Shown: in pieces, positions 28,000 to 41,952 of the stretch | How positions within the stretch are numbered: position 1 is the first letter of the stretch | Layout: every line of letters starts with the position of its first letter | Program-made: the position numbers and the translations under genes | Notes under the pieces: model-generated | Told to the model about the DNA's origin: nothing | The model's input: only the letters and a program-made list of their open reading frames with translations | Database searches by the model: none | Source of the DNA: Octopus vulgaris | Taxonomy: Eukaryota | NCBI GenBank assembly: GCA_951406725.2 | Contig: OX597830.1 | Span: 39,866,001-39,930,000, forward strand | Direction of reading: 5' to 3' | Length of the DNA stretch: 64,000 nt

Positions 28000-28539
28000 T
28001 ACATACACACACATGCATATATGGGTACAGGACGTCACCAACGGTGCAAATAATATGAAATACGTAGATAAATGAGTTAGAGACGTAAACAACGATAAAA
28101 AAATGGAAAACTGGACAAGTAAACACTGAGAAAGACCATTCATCAGTTGTCGGCTGTCAATCTACTCCTCATTTCGAGCATTCAGTATTATCTTTATTTG
28201 TACTATTTTTTTCTTTATTTCAGCATTGCTTTTACGTCTTGTTCTTGTCACCTTTTTTTACCCCTCCGCAAAATTTTTTTATTTAATTCGCTTTGCGGGA
28301 AGGACTGTTTCAATGTAGTCGTGTTCTGCCCTTACCTTCGAAACACACAATGAATCGAAACAGGGGCAGCTGAAGAAGGGGAATCTCCCTTGCGTTGTTT
28401 GTCTTGTACTCTGTTTTTTCTTTGTTAAAAAAAGTTCGTTTCCTTGTTTTGTTTTTATGTTTTTGTTTCTCGTTGTGTTCTACGTTTATTTGTGGTGTCC
28501 TGTACTCATATGTGCATGTATATATACATATTTGGGGGC

Positions 28540-29100
28540 ATTTTGAAGAGCTGTGGGACCTTGAATCCTAAGCCATTGCAATATCTGGTCCTATATTTCG
28601 ACGGTAAGGGAAACATTTTAGGCCCTATGCAATGACGCCCTGTTGTGGTATTTGGATAACTTTCTACGCCAAAGTTTGGGATAAGTCTTTCTAGGATCTT
28701 CCAGATGAATATTGCAGCATATCATCCTTCGTTCAAGGGAGTAAAGTCTTAACCGCTTGAGCCTTTGCCAGTAGCTAATTTGCTGCATTGGGTTTATCCT
28801 CTGCGTGTAGATTTGCTGAACTGCTTCGAGTTCCATTATTAATTTCACGCTGTCTTGTGACCTTAGTAGGGAGCAATAATCAAGACGGCTTATGACAAAT
28901 GTCCTCCAGAGGACCAACAGAGTTTCCTTCTCTCTTGTTCTGAAAATGTTATGAATCCATCCGGTCAGCCGTCTGCATTTCATTGCCAACTTAGTAATAT
29001 ATACATGGAAGCATTTATCACCACTCATGTCAATACTCAAGTCACACACTGGCTGTGATTCTGGAAATGTGAACTCTCCAGTTCCAATGTATTTTGTCTT
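28540..29100 (-). mobile_element. CR1/L2-group LINE ORF2 C-terminal fragment, degraded
   Basis: ORF 28618..29313(-) contains LWRTFVISRLDYCS...ELEAVQ...SYWQRLKRLRLYSLERR, typical of the post-RT region of CR1-group LINEs; frame breaks after LERR. Confidence 0.85.
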
Positions 29101-29417
29101 TATTGCAAAGGCTTTCGATGGAGTCGAGCATGGAATGATGTTCCAAACGGCTTGATTGCGGCATAGTTTGATAAGTAGGAAAGTGGTTACGTGACTTTCT
29201 GAAGAATAGAAATCACAGAGTAATACAACGAGGTTGCCTGCAAGAAAACGCAAATGATGATTGATGACCCAAATATTAATATAGTCCGAATATATTTTCT
29301 GGGATGAAACCATTGGTTGCTGTGATGCAATCGAACTTCGAATTCCTACGAAACATTGTCACTCAACAAATGTATTCAGTTAACTTTCTTTGATTTCTTG
29401 ATACATAGTATACTATG

Positions 29418-29720
29418 TGAAGGCGCGTGGTTTACTGGTTAGGGCATTCGGCTCACAGTCGTAAGATCAAGAGTTCAATTCTCGGCGATGCGTTGTGTCC
29501 TTGAGCAAGACACTTTATTTCATGTTGCTACTGTCCACTCAGCTGGCAAAAATAAGTAGTACCTGTATTTCAAACGCCCAGCCTGGTCACGGTCTGTGTC
29601 ACGCTGAAACTCCCTGAGAACTATATTAAGGGTACACGTACCTGTGGAGTGCTCAGCCACTTGCACTTTAATTTCACGAGCAAGCTGTTTCGTTGATCGT
29701 AACAGCTGGGACCCTCGCTC
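29418..29720 (+). mobile_element. SINE family C
   Basis: tgaaggcgcgtggttt...gagttcaattctc...tgtgtccttgagcaagacactttatttc...gtgtcacgctgaa...gaccctcg. Confidence 0.88.
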
Positions 29721-29841
29721 CTTAGTACACTACACTTATTATCATTCTTTAAACGCCCGCCTCCAAGCACACATACATACACGCACAAACACATATATAC
29801 ATACACACACACATACATACAGATAGATAGCTAGATAGACA

Positions 29842-29947
<106 letters not shown>

Positions 29948-30015
29948 TATAATGTACACTCATATAAAGATGTGTATATTGATAGATAGACAGATAGATA
30001 GATATACAAGCACAC

Positions 30016-30072
<57 letters not shown>

Positions 30073-30325
30073 AAACCTTGTGAGTGGATTTGATAGACGG
30101 AAACTGAAAAGAGAAGCCTGTCGTATGTGTGTGTGTGTGTTCCGCCCATCATCACTTGACAACTAATATTGCTGTGCTTACGTCCCCGTAATATAGCGGT
30201 TCGACAAAAGAGCCCGATAGAATAAGTACTAGGTTTACAAAGAATAAGTCCTGGGGCCAATTTCTTCGACTAAAGGTGGTGCTCCAGCATGTCCACGGTC
30301 AAATGACTAAAATAAGTAAAAGAAA
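30073..30325 (+). mobile_element. SINE family A, 5'-truncated
   Basis: ccttgtgagtggatttg...gctccagcatg...aaatgactaaaataagtaaaag. Confidence 0.85.
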
Positions 30326-30330
30326 TATAA

Positions 30331-30371
<41 letters not shown>

Positions 30372-30929
30372 GGTGTGTGTGTATGTGTGTGTGTGTATTT
30401 AAACACACTTATGTGTGTGTCCCTTTCGTTAGTGTGCATGATTGGTAATACTAGAGAGAGTAAGGTGCAATCGCTAACGCGTTTGGCGGGAAAATTTCAC
30501 TTTTTCTGCCACGCTGACATGTCCTTGACACTGACTGCAGCAGGAACGAAGTTGTCAGCGATGCCTCGTGCACTATAAGAACGTACGGAACACTTTATGC
30601 CCACATATAAGCGCACTCGCAATACAAGAATACACGCACACTCAAACACACACACAAGTACACACATATAAACGTATACACACACATATATGCACACGTA
30701 AATATATGTGTACACACGCACACATATATTTATATATACATGTGTGTGTGTGTGTACATATATATACGTGTGTACATATGTGTGTGTGCGTGTGTGTGTG
30801 TGATGTCTTACATTTTTACATTTATAAAAAATGTATATTAAGAATGAAGAGTATATATATATGCATGTACGCATGGAATCAATTTTACCAAAAACCTTCA
30901 CCCTATGTTCTGGCTTAGAGACCCACCAA

Positions 30930-31040
30930 CCGTAAGTAATTCTCTTGTTTTGCAACAAATTGGTTAGTACTACTATACTCACATACATACACACATACAT
31001 ACATAAACATTCACGTACACAGATATATATATACATATAG

Positions 31041-31107
<67 letters not shown>

Positions 31108-31166
31108 AATATGTGTGTATATGTGCATACATGCATATATGTGCTTTATAAAGTTATCTGTATATG

Positions 31167-31251
<85 letters not shown>

Positions 31252-32040
31252 TATATAGATATATATACATATATATTATATGAATATAAACACCTATATA
31301 CATACATGTATACAGATATACACACAAACAATATATAAGTGTCTCGAAAAAATCTCATGGTTTTGTGTGTGTGTGTATGTGTGTATGTGTGTATGTGTGT
31401 ATGTGTGTATGTGTGTCGTAGTGTTATCATGTATGTATGTGTGTGTGTGTGTGTGTGAGTGTGTAAACGTTTATATCCATGTGATTTTCTGCTTCTGAGT
31501 GTGTTATTTCTCCGCAAAAGTGCGCGGTCCGCTGCGTGCACGCGCGTCCACGCACGATAATGAGCTCTTTAAAATTTACATGCTTAAAGACAAAGAGGGG
31601 AAAAAGAGAGAATAAGAGTGTGGGAGAGAGAGAAAGAGAAATAGATAAATGATCGAGAGAGAAAAGTAGTAGAGTAGACAGAGAGAGGGAAAGAAAAGTA
31701 AGAAAACAACAAAGAAAGCGAGATTAGAGAAAGAAAGAAAGAAAGAAAGAAAGAGACGAGAGAATGAGTGAGAGGGAAAGAGAAAGAGATGAAAAAGTGT
31801 GAGTGAGAGAGAAAGCGAGTGAGTAAGACTAGAGAAAGTGTGTTTGTATGTGTGTGTTTGTGTATGTTTGTGTGTGTGTGAGTGAGTGAGACAGAAAGAG
31901 AGATAAAAAGTGAAAGGGGTCGATGAGAGAGAAAGAGAAAGAGAGAGTGGGAATGAATGAGTGAGACTAGAGAAAATGAGTGTGTGTGTGTATGCGTGTG
32001 TGTGAGTGTGTGAGAGGGAGAGAGATAAGGAGAGAGAGAG

Positions 32041-32102
<62 letters not shown>

Positions 32103-32508
32103 GAAGGAAGAAGAGCATGAGGGAGAGACTAAGAGAGGGAGAGTGCATGTGACTCCGTACGATGACATCTGTACTGCCCAGACGTTGAGTTGATGAGGGA
32201 ATCTGTCTGAAAGAGTCTCGTGCACTATTGGCGAAATTATGACGATATTGTTGTTGTTGCTGTTTCTGTTGCTGTTGTTGTTGTTGCTTCAGTTGTCGCT
32301 GTTGTCTAATTTTTTTTTTTCTCTTGTTTCGGTATTTTTTTTTCCTGCTTGTCGTTTTATCATTGTGGTTGCCTACTTTTTTTAACACTTCCGCTATCTG
32401 TTTCTTTTTTTACGCTTTCTATTTTTCCTCGCATACACCTACACATACGCATATGTACATACATAACTATATGCATACATAATATCCATAGGAACATACA
32501 CACACGCA

Positions 32509-32598
<90 letters not shown>

Positions 32599-32643
32599 AT
32601 TATATTTATAAATATATATATATTTATATATAGTTATACATAT

Positions 32644-32695
<52 letters not shown>

Positions 32696-32696
32696 G

Positions 32697-32739
<43 letters not shown>

Positions 32740-32813
32740 GTATATGTATATGTATGTATGTATGTATGTATATATGTATATATGGCTAAACATATAACAA
32801 ATGTTTGTGTGTG

Positions 32814-32851
<38 letters not shown>

Positions 32852-32875
32852 TGTATGCATGTATATATGTACGTA

Positions 32876-32907
<32 letters not shown>

Positions 32908-33470
32908 CATACACATATATATATATAAGCATCACCTCTTCTCTCTTGCTCTGACTCGTATTTCCTCTCTTCACTCCTACCCACCTTCTCCCTGCCCCTC
33001 TCCCTCATTCTTTATCCTCTCCATCTACACCCCACCCTTACACACCCCAACCCTACCATCTCTATACATCCCAAACCCACCCCCACACATTCCACTCCCA
33101 CATACCCTCACACCCATTCCCGTAAACCACACCCCTATCCCACACTCTCACCCCAACCCACACCCTACTCTTGCATCCCCCGCCCTTGTATCCACCACAC
33201 CACACTATGCCACACCGCACCACATACCACCACACCACACACCACCGTACCACAACACCACACTATACCACCACACCGCACCGCACCATCACACCACAAC
33301 ACAACACACAACACACTACACATCACCACACCACACCACCAGACCACATCGCACCACTCTGCACACACTAGCATTGACCACTTTCCAGCACCCACACCGT
33401 CGTCCAAACACCTACACGTCACGGTCACCAGCTCAAATCCACACACACACGCTCGCACATACTACGCACG
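30930..33470. repeat. Low-complexity block: (TA)n, (GA/GAAA)n, (TG)n, (TTG)n and a degenerate (CACCA)n tract
   Basis: Directly visible; explains the 200-270 aa spurious ORFs here. Confidence 0.92.
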
Positions 33471-33529
33471 CGCACCTTCATTTTGGGATCACCACTATTT
33501 TATTATCTCCCCTTCTTTCTAGCTCTCCT

Positions 33530-33760
33530 GTCTGACCACCTGTCCAGCCAAAGCCATGATCGACCGCTAGCCACTAAAGCATTTTTTATTCTCTCTCTGT
33601 TTATTTTCTCGTGTTCCTTTCTTTGGAAGAGCGTAGGCTCGAAATGTAAAAGATTTTGTCATTTTCCCAAGCGTTAAACTAATACACCTGTTTGTTGTTT
33701 ACATACCTGTCTTCGTCTATTGTTTGTTTGGTTTTTTTTTTTTGTAAATTCCAACTATAT
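33530..33760 (+). mobile_element. Penelope-like terminal-repeat relic with a degenerate minimal hammerhead
   Basis: 33624-33650 tGGAAGAGC-gtag-GCTCGAAAtgta resembles CTGAAGAGC-N4-GCTCGAAACGTTA; ends in (TA)n. Confidence 0.5.
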
Positions 33761-35368
33761 ATATGTATGTATGTATTATCGTTTTTTTTTTAGAAAAACA
33801 TAAATCCGGACCAGAAGCACACTCTTAGAATTAGATCGGTCTATAATTATTACTGGTGAAAGCCAACTTATAAGGTTACACTAGGTTTCTCATCATAAAG
33901 AGTATCTTTATGGCGTATCATCAGACCCTAAGACTTATTAGCCTATGGCCTGTTTAAAGTATGAAGCGGGAAACGGTGGTATTAGCGATAGTATTTACAC
34001 CACGATTGCTGATGAGAGTTGGGAGATAACCCTACCTTGTACCCTTGCAGCCGACAGGTGGCGTAGTTGAAAGTGGACGACATAGCCGGGAGCATATATG
34101 TATGCATGTATGTATATCTATGTTTGTGAATGTGTGTGTATGCATGTATTCTTGTATGTATGTATGTATGCAAACGTATTAAGTGCAAACATGTAGAAGA
34201 AAATAGTTCACAACGCATAAAATAGAATTAAAGCGTTTATTGGGAGCTGAAATCTTTACAATCATCATTACTCCGAGTTTGAGGCTCCTTTAGTGGTGTC
34301 TACTGTGTTGCAAAGCATTCGGCCCGGATTTCTGTTTTTGGCACCCTTCTTCCATAAGTTTCAGAGGTCGCACCTGATTAACAGATAAAAGAAATGCTCT
34401 TTAACACTTACGTTTATCGAGCGAGCTCATCCCTCTTGCGTAGTTTCATCAGCTACCTTAAAGTACATTATAATCAAAAGTACTTAATGACATAAAATTA
34501 TATTATATACATACATACACAAATGAAGGCGCTTGGCTCAGTGGTTAGGGCGTCGGTCTTACAATCATGAGGTAGTAAATTCGATTCCTGGACTGGGCTG
34601 TATGTTGTGATCTTGAGCAAATCACTTTATTTCGCGTTGCTCCGGTATATTCAGCTTTAGAAATGAGTCACTGGTGCCAAGATGTTATCGTCCTTTCTGT
34701 TGGATAACAACGGTGGCGTGGAGAGGGGATGCTGGTATGCATAGGCGTTTGCTGGTCTTCCACAAAGCACCTGGAGTTGAACTTTCTAACTACAATCCCA
34801 TAATCATTCACGACCGAAGAGTGTCCTTAACATACACAAATAATTACGCTTTCAAATTCTAGCACAAGATCAGTAGTTAGGGAGGGACAATCGATTAAAT
34901 CAACCAGTACTTGATTAGTACTTTATTTTTATCGACCAAGGCTAAGATAACCTCAGCGGTATACGAACTCAGAACCTAAAGAGTTAGAGAAAAATAAAAT
35001 GCCACCAATATCTTTGTCTAGTAGGCTAACGATTCTACTAGCTCGCCACCTTTCGGACACACATGGTTTTAAACATGTTCGTACTGCATATATAGCTATA
35101 TAAGTATATGCTTTTCGAACAAGCTACCCCCTTCTTTACTTATGGACCTTTCAAATACAGGATGCTTTTAAGTATATTTCGATCATATCATAGGCCTGAA
35201 GAGAGTTCATTAACCTACATTTTAAGTAAAAGTACATTTTAATCATGAAATCATTTAGACTGTGCTCAGGTGTTTCTTAATTAAATTACTTCTTAATCAT
35301 ACATTTTAATCTTGGGCACGGGTTCATTAAAGATATGTTGAAGTTCATTTTAATTAAAAGTACCTTAT

Positions 35369-35580
35369 AAGGCGGCAAGCTGACAGAAGCGTTTGCACAT
35401 CTTTGCACACCGTACGAAATGCCGTATGCATTTCCTCTGGCTTATTGTGCCGAGTTCGACTCTGTTTTACCTTCTTTGGGGTGATCGATGAAATTAATTG
35501 CCAGTTGCGCACTAGGGTCGATGTAATCGACTAGTCCCATCCTCCTACATTTCAGGCCTCGCGCCAACAGCAGAAAAAAA
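35369..35580 (+). mobile_element. SINE family B, diverged, inserted in an AT-rich tandem array
   Basis: aaggcggcaagctgacagaa...gggtcgatgtaatcgactag. Confidence 0.75.
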
Positions 35581-35739
35581 ACAAGTACGTTCGATTTATG
35601 TGCATAAACGTTTTAATTAAATTACGCTTTAATTGCATCAATTCGTCCATTCCAGACATATTAAATTACATTTTATTTGAAAGCGATTTTAAACTGTATA
35701 TAAATCTGAGAATGCGTTAAATTACATGTTAATTATGTC

Positions 35740-36015
35740 TATATAGACATGTTAATTAAAAGTACGTTTTCATCGTGAGTATATACATATCAATTAAAAG
35801 TACATCTTCACGTAAATATACATGTTAATTAAAAGAACTTCTTAATGTGTGTATACATTTTAATTAAAAGTAATCTTAATAATGTATATATACATGTCAA
35901 TTAAAAAATCATCTTAATAATGTGTATATACATGTTAATTAAAGTACATCTTAATGTATATATACATATTAATTAAAAGAGCATCTTAATAATGTGTATA
36001 TGCATGTTAATTACA
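35740..36015. repeat. Minisatellite: about 8 units of 34-38 bp (consensus ~TATACATGTTAATTAAAAGTACATCTTAATGTG), with degenerate units across 35200-36250
   Basis: ACATNTTAATTAAAAG-like cores at about 35747, 35785, 35820, 35855, 35892, 35930, 35964 and 36002. Confidence 0.85.
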
Positions 36016-36713
36016 TGTATATATTGTTCATGTTCATATGCCCAAGAAATGTTAAACTACATTTTGATCATGCGTATGATAATTCCATTTACGATCTGTT
36101 AAAGTACATTCTGATTTAAAGTACATCTTAATTGTGTGCCTGACTCTATTCATTATGCGTTAAACTACATTTTAATTAAAAGTTCATTTTAATTATATCT
36201 TTAAAGTCTAACGAAGATCCGTTAAAGTACATTTTACTTAAAAGGACATTCTATCGCGTGTGTTCTTGTGTGTGTAAGTGATACAAAAACTGAGGAAGGG
36301 GATCGGATTCTAAATGTTTGTCGTGTGTGTGTGTCTGTGTGTGTATTTGCACGTGCGTGTCTGCGAGAGAGAGAGCGAGAGAGACAGAGAGAGAGAGGGA
36401 GAGAGAGTATGTCATCGTTTTGATGTAAACGATCAAATGGGTGCGGTTGGTTTAAGGACCTTTTTGTTGCAAGATCTCATCATTCTTTGTTATTAAGATC
36501 CGCATATATGATTGATGTCGTCGTCGTCGTCATTGTCGTCTGCATCAACATCATCATCGTCATCATCATCATCACCGATGCTCCTCCTCTTTCTCATCAG
36601 CATCATCAGCATCATCATCATCATCATCTTCATCATCCTCATCATTATCATTTTCATTCTCATTTTCACCGCCACCATTCATCAACGAACCTCATTGCCG
36701 ATAGCATTGAATA

Positions 36714-36746
<33 letters not shown>

Positions 36747-36989
36747 GAGGAGGAGGAGGAGGAGGAGGAGGAGGAGCAACAGCAGCAACTACAACAGCAG
36801 TAGAAGCAGTAGTAGATCATCTTACAAAATTCTGATATTTAGCATTGGTAGTCTGTATATCTTGTTTCGAATCCTATTGAAGCCGCCTTTTTTTTTTTTT
36901 TTTTTTATATCATTCGTCCATGGTAGGCGAAATTATTTGCCAGTCATATACCAAAATCCACCCAGTCGCTTAGTCTTGTTTCTCCCTGA

Positions 36990-37750
<761 letters not shown>

Positions 37751-37904
37751 ATCTACACATTGTATATGCGTTCGTTAAGTAAATTGTTTTCGGGTCGATG
37801 ACATAAGTACCAATATATCGACTTGCTCCCGCCCACGAAATTATTAGCTCTTTGTTAAAAGCCCTTGTGGCTAATAAAAATTTATTATTATTGAAATAAA
37901 TGAA

Positions 37905-38002
<98 letters not shown>

Positions 38003-38103
38003 TATTATTATTAAGGTGCTGAGCTGGCAGAATCCTTAGCCCCTCACCAAAGATTTCAGGCCTTGTGCCCATAGTAGAAAGAATTATTGTTGTTGTTGTT
38101 GTT

Positions 38104-38136
<33 letters not shown>

Positions 38137-38267
38137 ACCAACACTAATATTACCTATATCATTACCAATGCGATTATCATTTATTAAAGAGGTAATTAAG
38201 TTTTCAATTTTCCTTTTCTTTTTCTTTTTAGGTAAAATCCAATCTGACAAACCACCATTTATGAAAG

Positions 38268-38502
38268 ATGGCTTGCAATCTGCAAGTGTGGCGACCCTGC
38301 GTTCTAGTTCATTCTGTATGTTTACGAAAATATATTCGTCAGTTAAGCGGCACTATTGTAAGAACTGCTACCACATTCAACATACCTAAGGCAGATATAG
38401 AATGCGCAGCAGACCCAATTATAAGGCAAAAAACAATTAATGATATTCCGGGTCCTTTCAAACTGCCGTTAATAGGATCAGCATGGTTGTATTTTCACAT
38501 CA
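38268..38502 (+). CDS. P450 coding exon 1 (MACNLQVWRP...IPGPFKLPLIGSAWLYFHI): putative mitochondrial transit peptide plus proline-rich hinge
   Basis: ATG in strong context aaagATGg; donor ca|GTGAGT at 38503 (phase 1). An acceptor ttttttctttttaG at 38231 implies an unlocated upstream non-coding exon. Confidence 0.88.
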
Positions 38503-38624
38503 GTGAGTACCCTTTTCTCTTTTACTGGCAAACATGCTCTCACGTATATATACCCCATTATAAACATAATCTCAAGTATTTATTATCCGTTTATAAGTCT
38601 TTAATGACATAAATAGTTGCTTAC

Positions 38625-38828
38625 TCTTTTACTCTTTTACTTGTTTCAGTCATTTGACTGCGGCCATGCTGGAGCACCGCCTTTAGTCGAGCAAATCGAC
38701 CCCGGGACTTATTCTTTGTAAGCCTAGTACTTATTCTATCGGTCTCTTCTGCCGAACCGCTAAGTGACGGGGACGTAAACACACCAGAATTGGTTGTCAA
38801 GCAATGCTAGGGGGACAAACACAGAAAA

Positions 38829-38859
<31 letters not shown>

Positions 38860-39020
38860 CACGACAGGCTTCTTTCAGTTTCCGTCTACCAAATCCACTC
38901 ACAAAGCATTGGTCGCCCCGGGGCTATAGCAGAAGACACTTGCCCAAGATGTCACGCAGTGGGACTGAACCCGGAACCATGTGGCTGGTTAGCAAGCTAC
39001 TTACCACACAGCCACTCCTG
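38625..39020 (-). mobile_element. SINE family A, full-length, in P450 intron 1
   Basis: Near-identical to the copy at 10815-11214. Confidence 0.92.
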
Positions 39021-39316
39021 ACGTTATTTTTCTTTTAACTATTATTTCTCACGCACGATTAATTGTATTCTTAGAATCAATTTTTAATTTATTATCTCAC
39101 CTGTATACACATATTTTTATTTCATTTACCTGTTTTGAACACCCATTTATTTTTTCTTTGTGCGTAATTTACATAATTTCTTTCCCATATCTACCTCTTC
39201 TTTCATCTCCTCCCCAAACTTTCCTCTTTTCTTTTGTCAAGAAATGATATCCGACTGAATTTTCATCACTAAAACAAAACCTTTTGTGATATTCGAATAT
39301 TTCATATACGTTCTTG

Positions 39317-39792
39317 TCAACTACGGTTGTAGTTGAATAATATTCTTAAGGCTGCAATTTACTTACACGCAACATATTTCAGAGCTTGTGGCTATTTCAG
39401 TTCATAAACAAATTGAAAACACACTCAGCAATATTAGTTAAAGTGTTATGATCTTTTAATTAACCAAATAGTTATAATACTTTAAAACATTCATGGAATG
39501 TTCTTAACAACATATATTGAATTACTATTTTTGTGTTAAAACAACTTTTTTTATGATACACGGATAAAATTCATCTCATAGGATGAGGTATTACCTTAAA
39601 AATCCAAATTCAAATCCTTTTGGGAGAGAGGGACTTTGTTATTCATACCTCCGAGGTCTGTAGCAATAGAAAATACTTCTTTAATCATTCAACTACGATA
39701 GTAGTAGAATAATATCCTCAAGGCCGCAATTTACTCACACGCAGCATCTTTCAGAGCTTGTTGCTAATCCAGTTCAAAAACACATTGAAAAC
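39317..39792 (+). repeat. Diverged ~103-bp direct repeat (39317-39420 and 39689-39792)
   Basis: tcaactacg..gtag..gaataatat.ct.aagg..gcaatttact.acacgca.cat.tttcagagcttgt.gcta...cagttca.aaaca.attgaaaac in both copies. Confidence 0.85.
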
Positions 39793-40414
39793 TGTTAACA
39801 CTTTTGAAGAGGACTGGTCCCTAGCTACATTTTGGCATAACAAAATTGAGATTTGGTCCAATAGAAAAAAGTTTACATTAAAATTTGTAGCAACGTTATA
39901 GGAGAGTAAGTAACGGCACCAATCAAGTTTAGATCTAAATAACTTTTTTTTTATTTTAAAAGCAAAATATATTTATCTTAGCTTCAATTATAGAAGAAAG
40001 CATGAAAAACTTCGTAGTTTTTGCCGCATGCAACAAAAATTTGTATAAAAAAGTTGTGAGGTAAAATATAAAAAAATATAAGGCAAAAAACTGGATTTAA
40101 GTATGATTAACTTTTTTATTTTAAAAGCAAACTATATTTTAATTAAGCTTAAATGATAGAGCTCAATTTGAGGAATTTCATGATATCAATCTCATGCAAT
40201 GAAGTTTTAAAAGAAAACTTTTATGAGTGTTTGTTTCTCAAATTTGAGGGTGATAATATAGTTTTATACTTTTTTATGAATATAGTTCTATAAGGGACTT
40301 TTAATCTATGTCACCGGCATCATTGAAGTAATGAATTGACACGTTTGACACCGCTATTTGACACATTTGACACATTATTAATTAGCATAATAGCAGAGCC
40401 TGGAAAAAACATGC

Positions 40415-40720
40415 ATTACATGGGAAAATGCGAGCAAGAGAAATAATATTCTTAAGGTTATAAATCTGGAAAAGTAGAGGACAAGTTACTACACTTGGAA
40501 AAGTTTCCACTTTAAAAAGCTAATATTTTCTAAATCTAAATATTTTATTTGAAATTTTATCCTTTGCTGCAATATTTTAAGTAAAAGTTTTCTTGTTCTG
40601 TATTTTACCAGATGTAATAACTTGTCCTGAACTTTTCCACATGCAATAACTTGTCCTGTACTTTTCCAGATTTATAATCTCAAGAATATTATTTCTCTTG
40701 TTCGCATTTTTCCATATAAT
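40415..40720. mobile_element. MITE-like fold-back element with ~90-bp imperfect terminal inverted repeats
   Basis: attacatgggaaaatgcgagcaagagaaataatattctt..ataaatctggaaaagta..ggacaagtta versus taacttgtcc..tacttttccagatttat..aagaatattatttctcttgttcgcatttttccatataat. Confidence 0.8.
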
Positions 40721-40786
40721 ATATATATATTGGTTGTCTTGTTCTACAGATTGTAATCAAACCAAACCATATATCCATTATATACA

Positions 40787-40855
<69 letters not shown>

Positions 40856-40870
40856 TTGTGTATGTATGTG

Positions 40871-40955
<85 letters not shown>

Positions 40956-40991
40956 ATACATATATCCGAATCTTTGATTTTTGTTTTTCAG

Positions 40992-41217
40992 AATCGCCGA
41001 CACAAATACCGAAACTTAATGAATTTCTTCATAAAAGCTTTGGTGATATTGTAGCTGAAAAGTTACCAGGAAATAAAAATATCGTACATTTATATCGACC
41101 CGAAGATTTTGAGGTTGTTTACCGCAACGAAGGGCCTTACCCAATTCGAGGAGTTTTTCCTTTGCTATGTACATACAACAACAAGTACAACGATGGTATA
41201 TACGGACTCTCATCATC
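40992..41217 (+). CDS. P450 coding exon 2 ([27 protein letters not shown]...[11 protein letters not shown]...GLSS)
   Basis: Acceptor ttgtttttcAG, donor tc|GTACGT; mito-clan signature RNEGxYPxR. Confidence 0.93.
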
Positions 41218-41952
41218 GTACGTTCCATTGCTTTCTTATAAAAATATCATCATGTGTCAAATTCTGGTAGAACTTCAGCGATCATATTCTATTTTCTATT
41301 ATAGATTTGAAGTGATTGTCTCAGAGAGATCTATGAGATAAATCGAGAGAGAGAGAGAGAGAGAGTGTGTGACTCTAGAATGTGACTGTGATGACGTTAT
41401 TATATCAACCCTAGAGGATGAAAGTGTAAGATTGATCTCGATAGAATTTGAACTCAAAACTTCGAAACAAATACCGGGAAGTATTTGTCCTACGCTATAA
41501 ATATTCCGACCATTCACTGCTCTTTATCAAATACATATGTTGTGTTCAAAATCGAAAAGAACTGTTAGTGCTAACAGCCGAATTGGCTGGTTGAAATGAA
41601 ATAGCTGATATCGTAAAAAACTGTAATAATATAGGCATGTAAGCAACAGTGTGATAAATAAACATCATATAAGCAACAGTACAGTGTAGGTAGATATCAT
41701 ATAAGTATCACTACGCTAGATAGATTTGTATGCGACAATGTGGTATTCTGTGAGATATTCTGTGAGAAAAAGTGCTTCAGAGAAATATAATGCAAGCTAT
41801 TATTCGGTATTTCCATTGCCAAGATATTTAATTGACAATTCACTTCAAACACTTCCCAATACATATTGGAAAGTGTGATCTTTGTATGCAGGAAAAAAGA
41901 GAGAAAATATGGAATTATCATGAGTAAAATACCTTTGATTACAATAGGTATG

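Noticed and set aside
28618-29313. 231-aa ORF as a host gene or active LINE
   Set aside because: Only the C-terminal LINE region is present, the RT core is absent and the frame breaks after LERR.
31576-33535. Longest ORFs (270, 213 and 244 aa)
   Set aside because: Made of GA/GAAA, TTG and CACCA low-complexity tracts; no domain or splice support.
35740-36015. CRISPR-like periodicity (~36 bp)
   Set aside because: Units are contiguous degenerate tandem copies without unique spacers, no cas genes are present and the context is eukaryotic.
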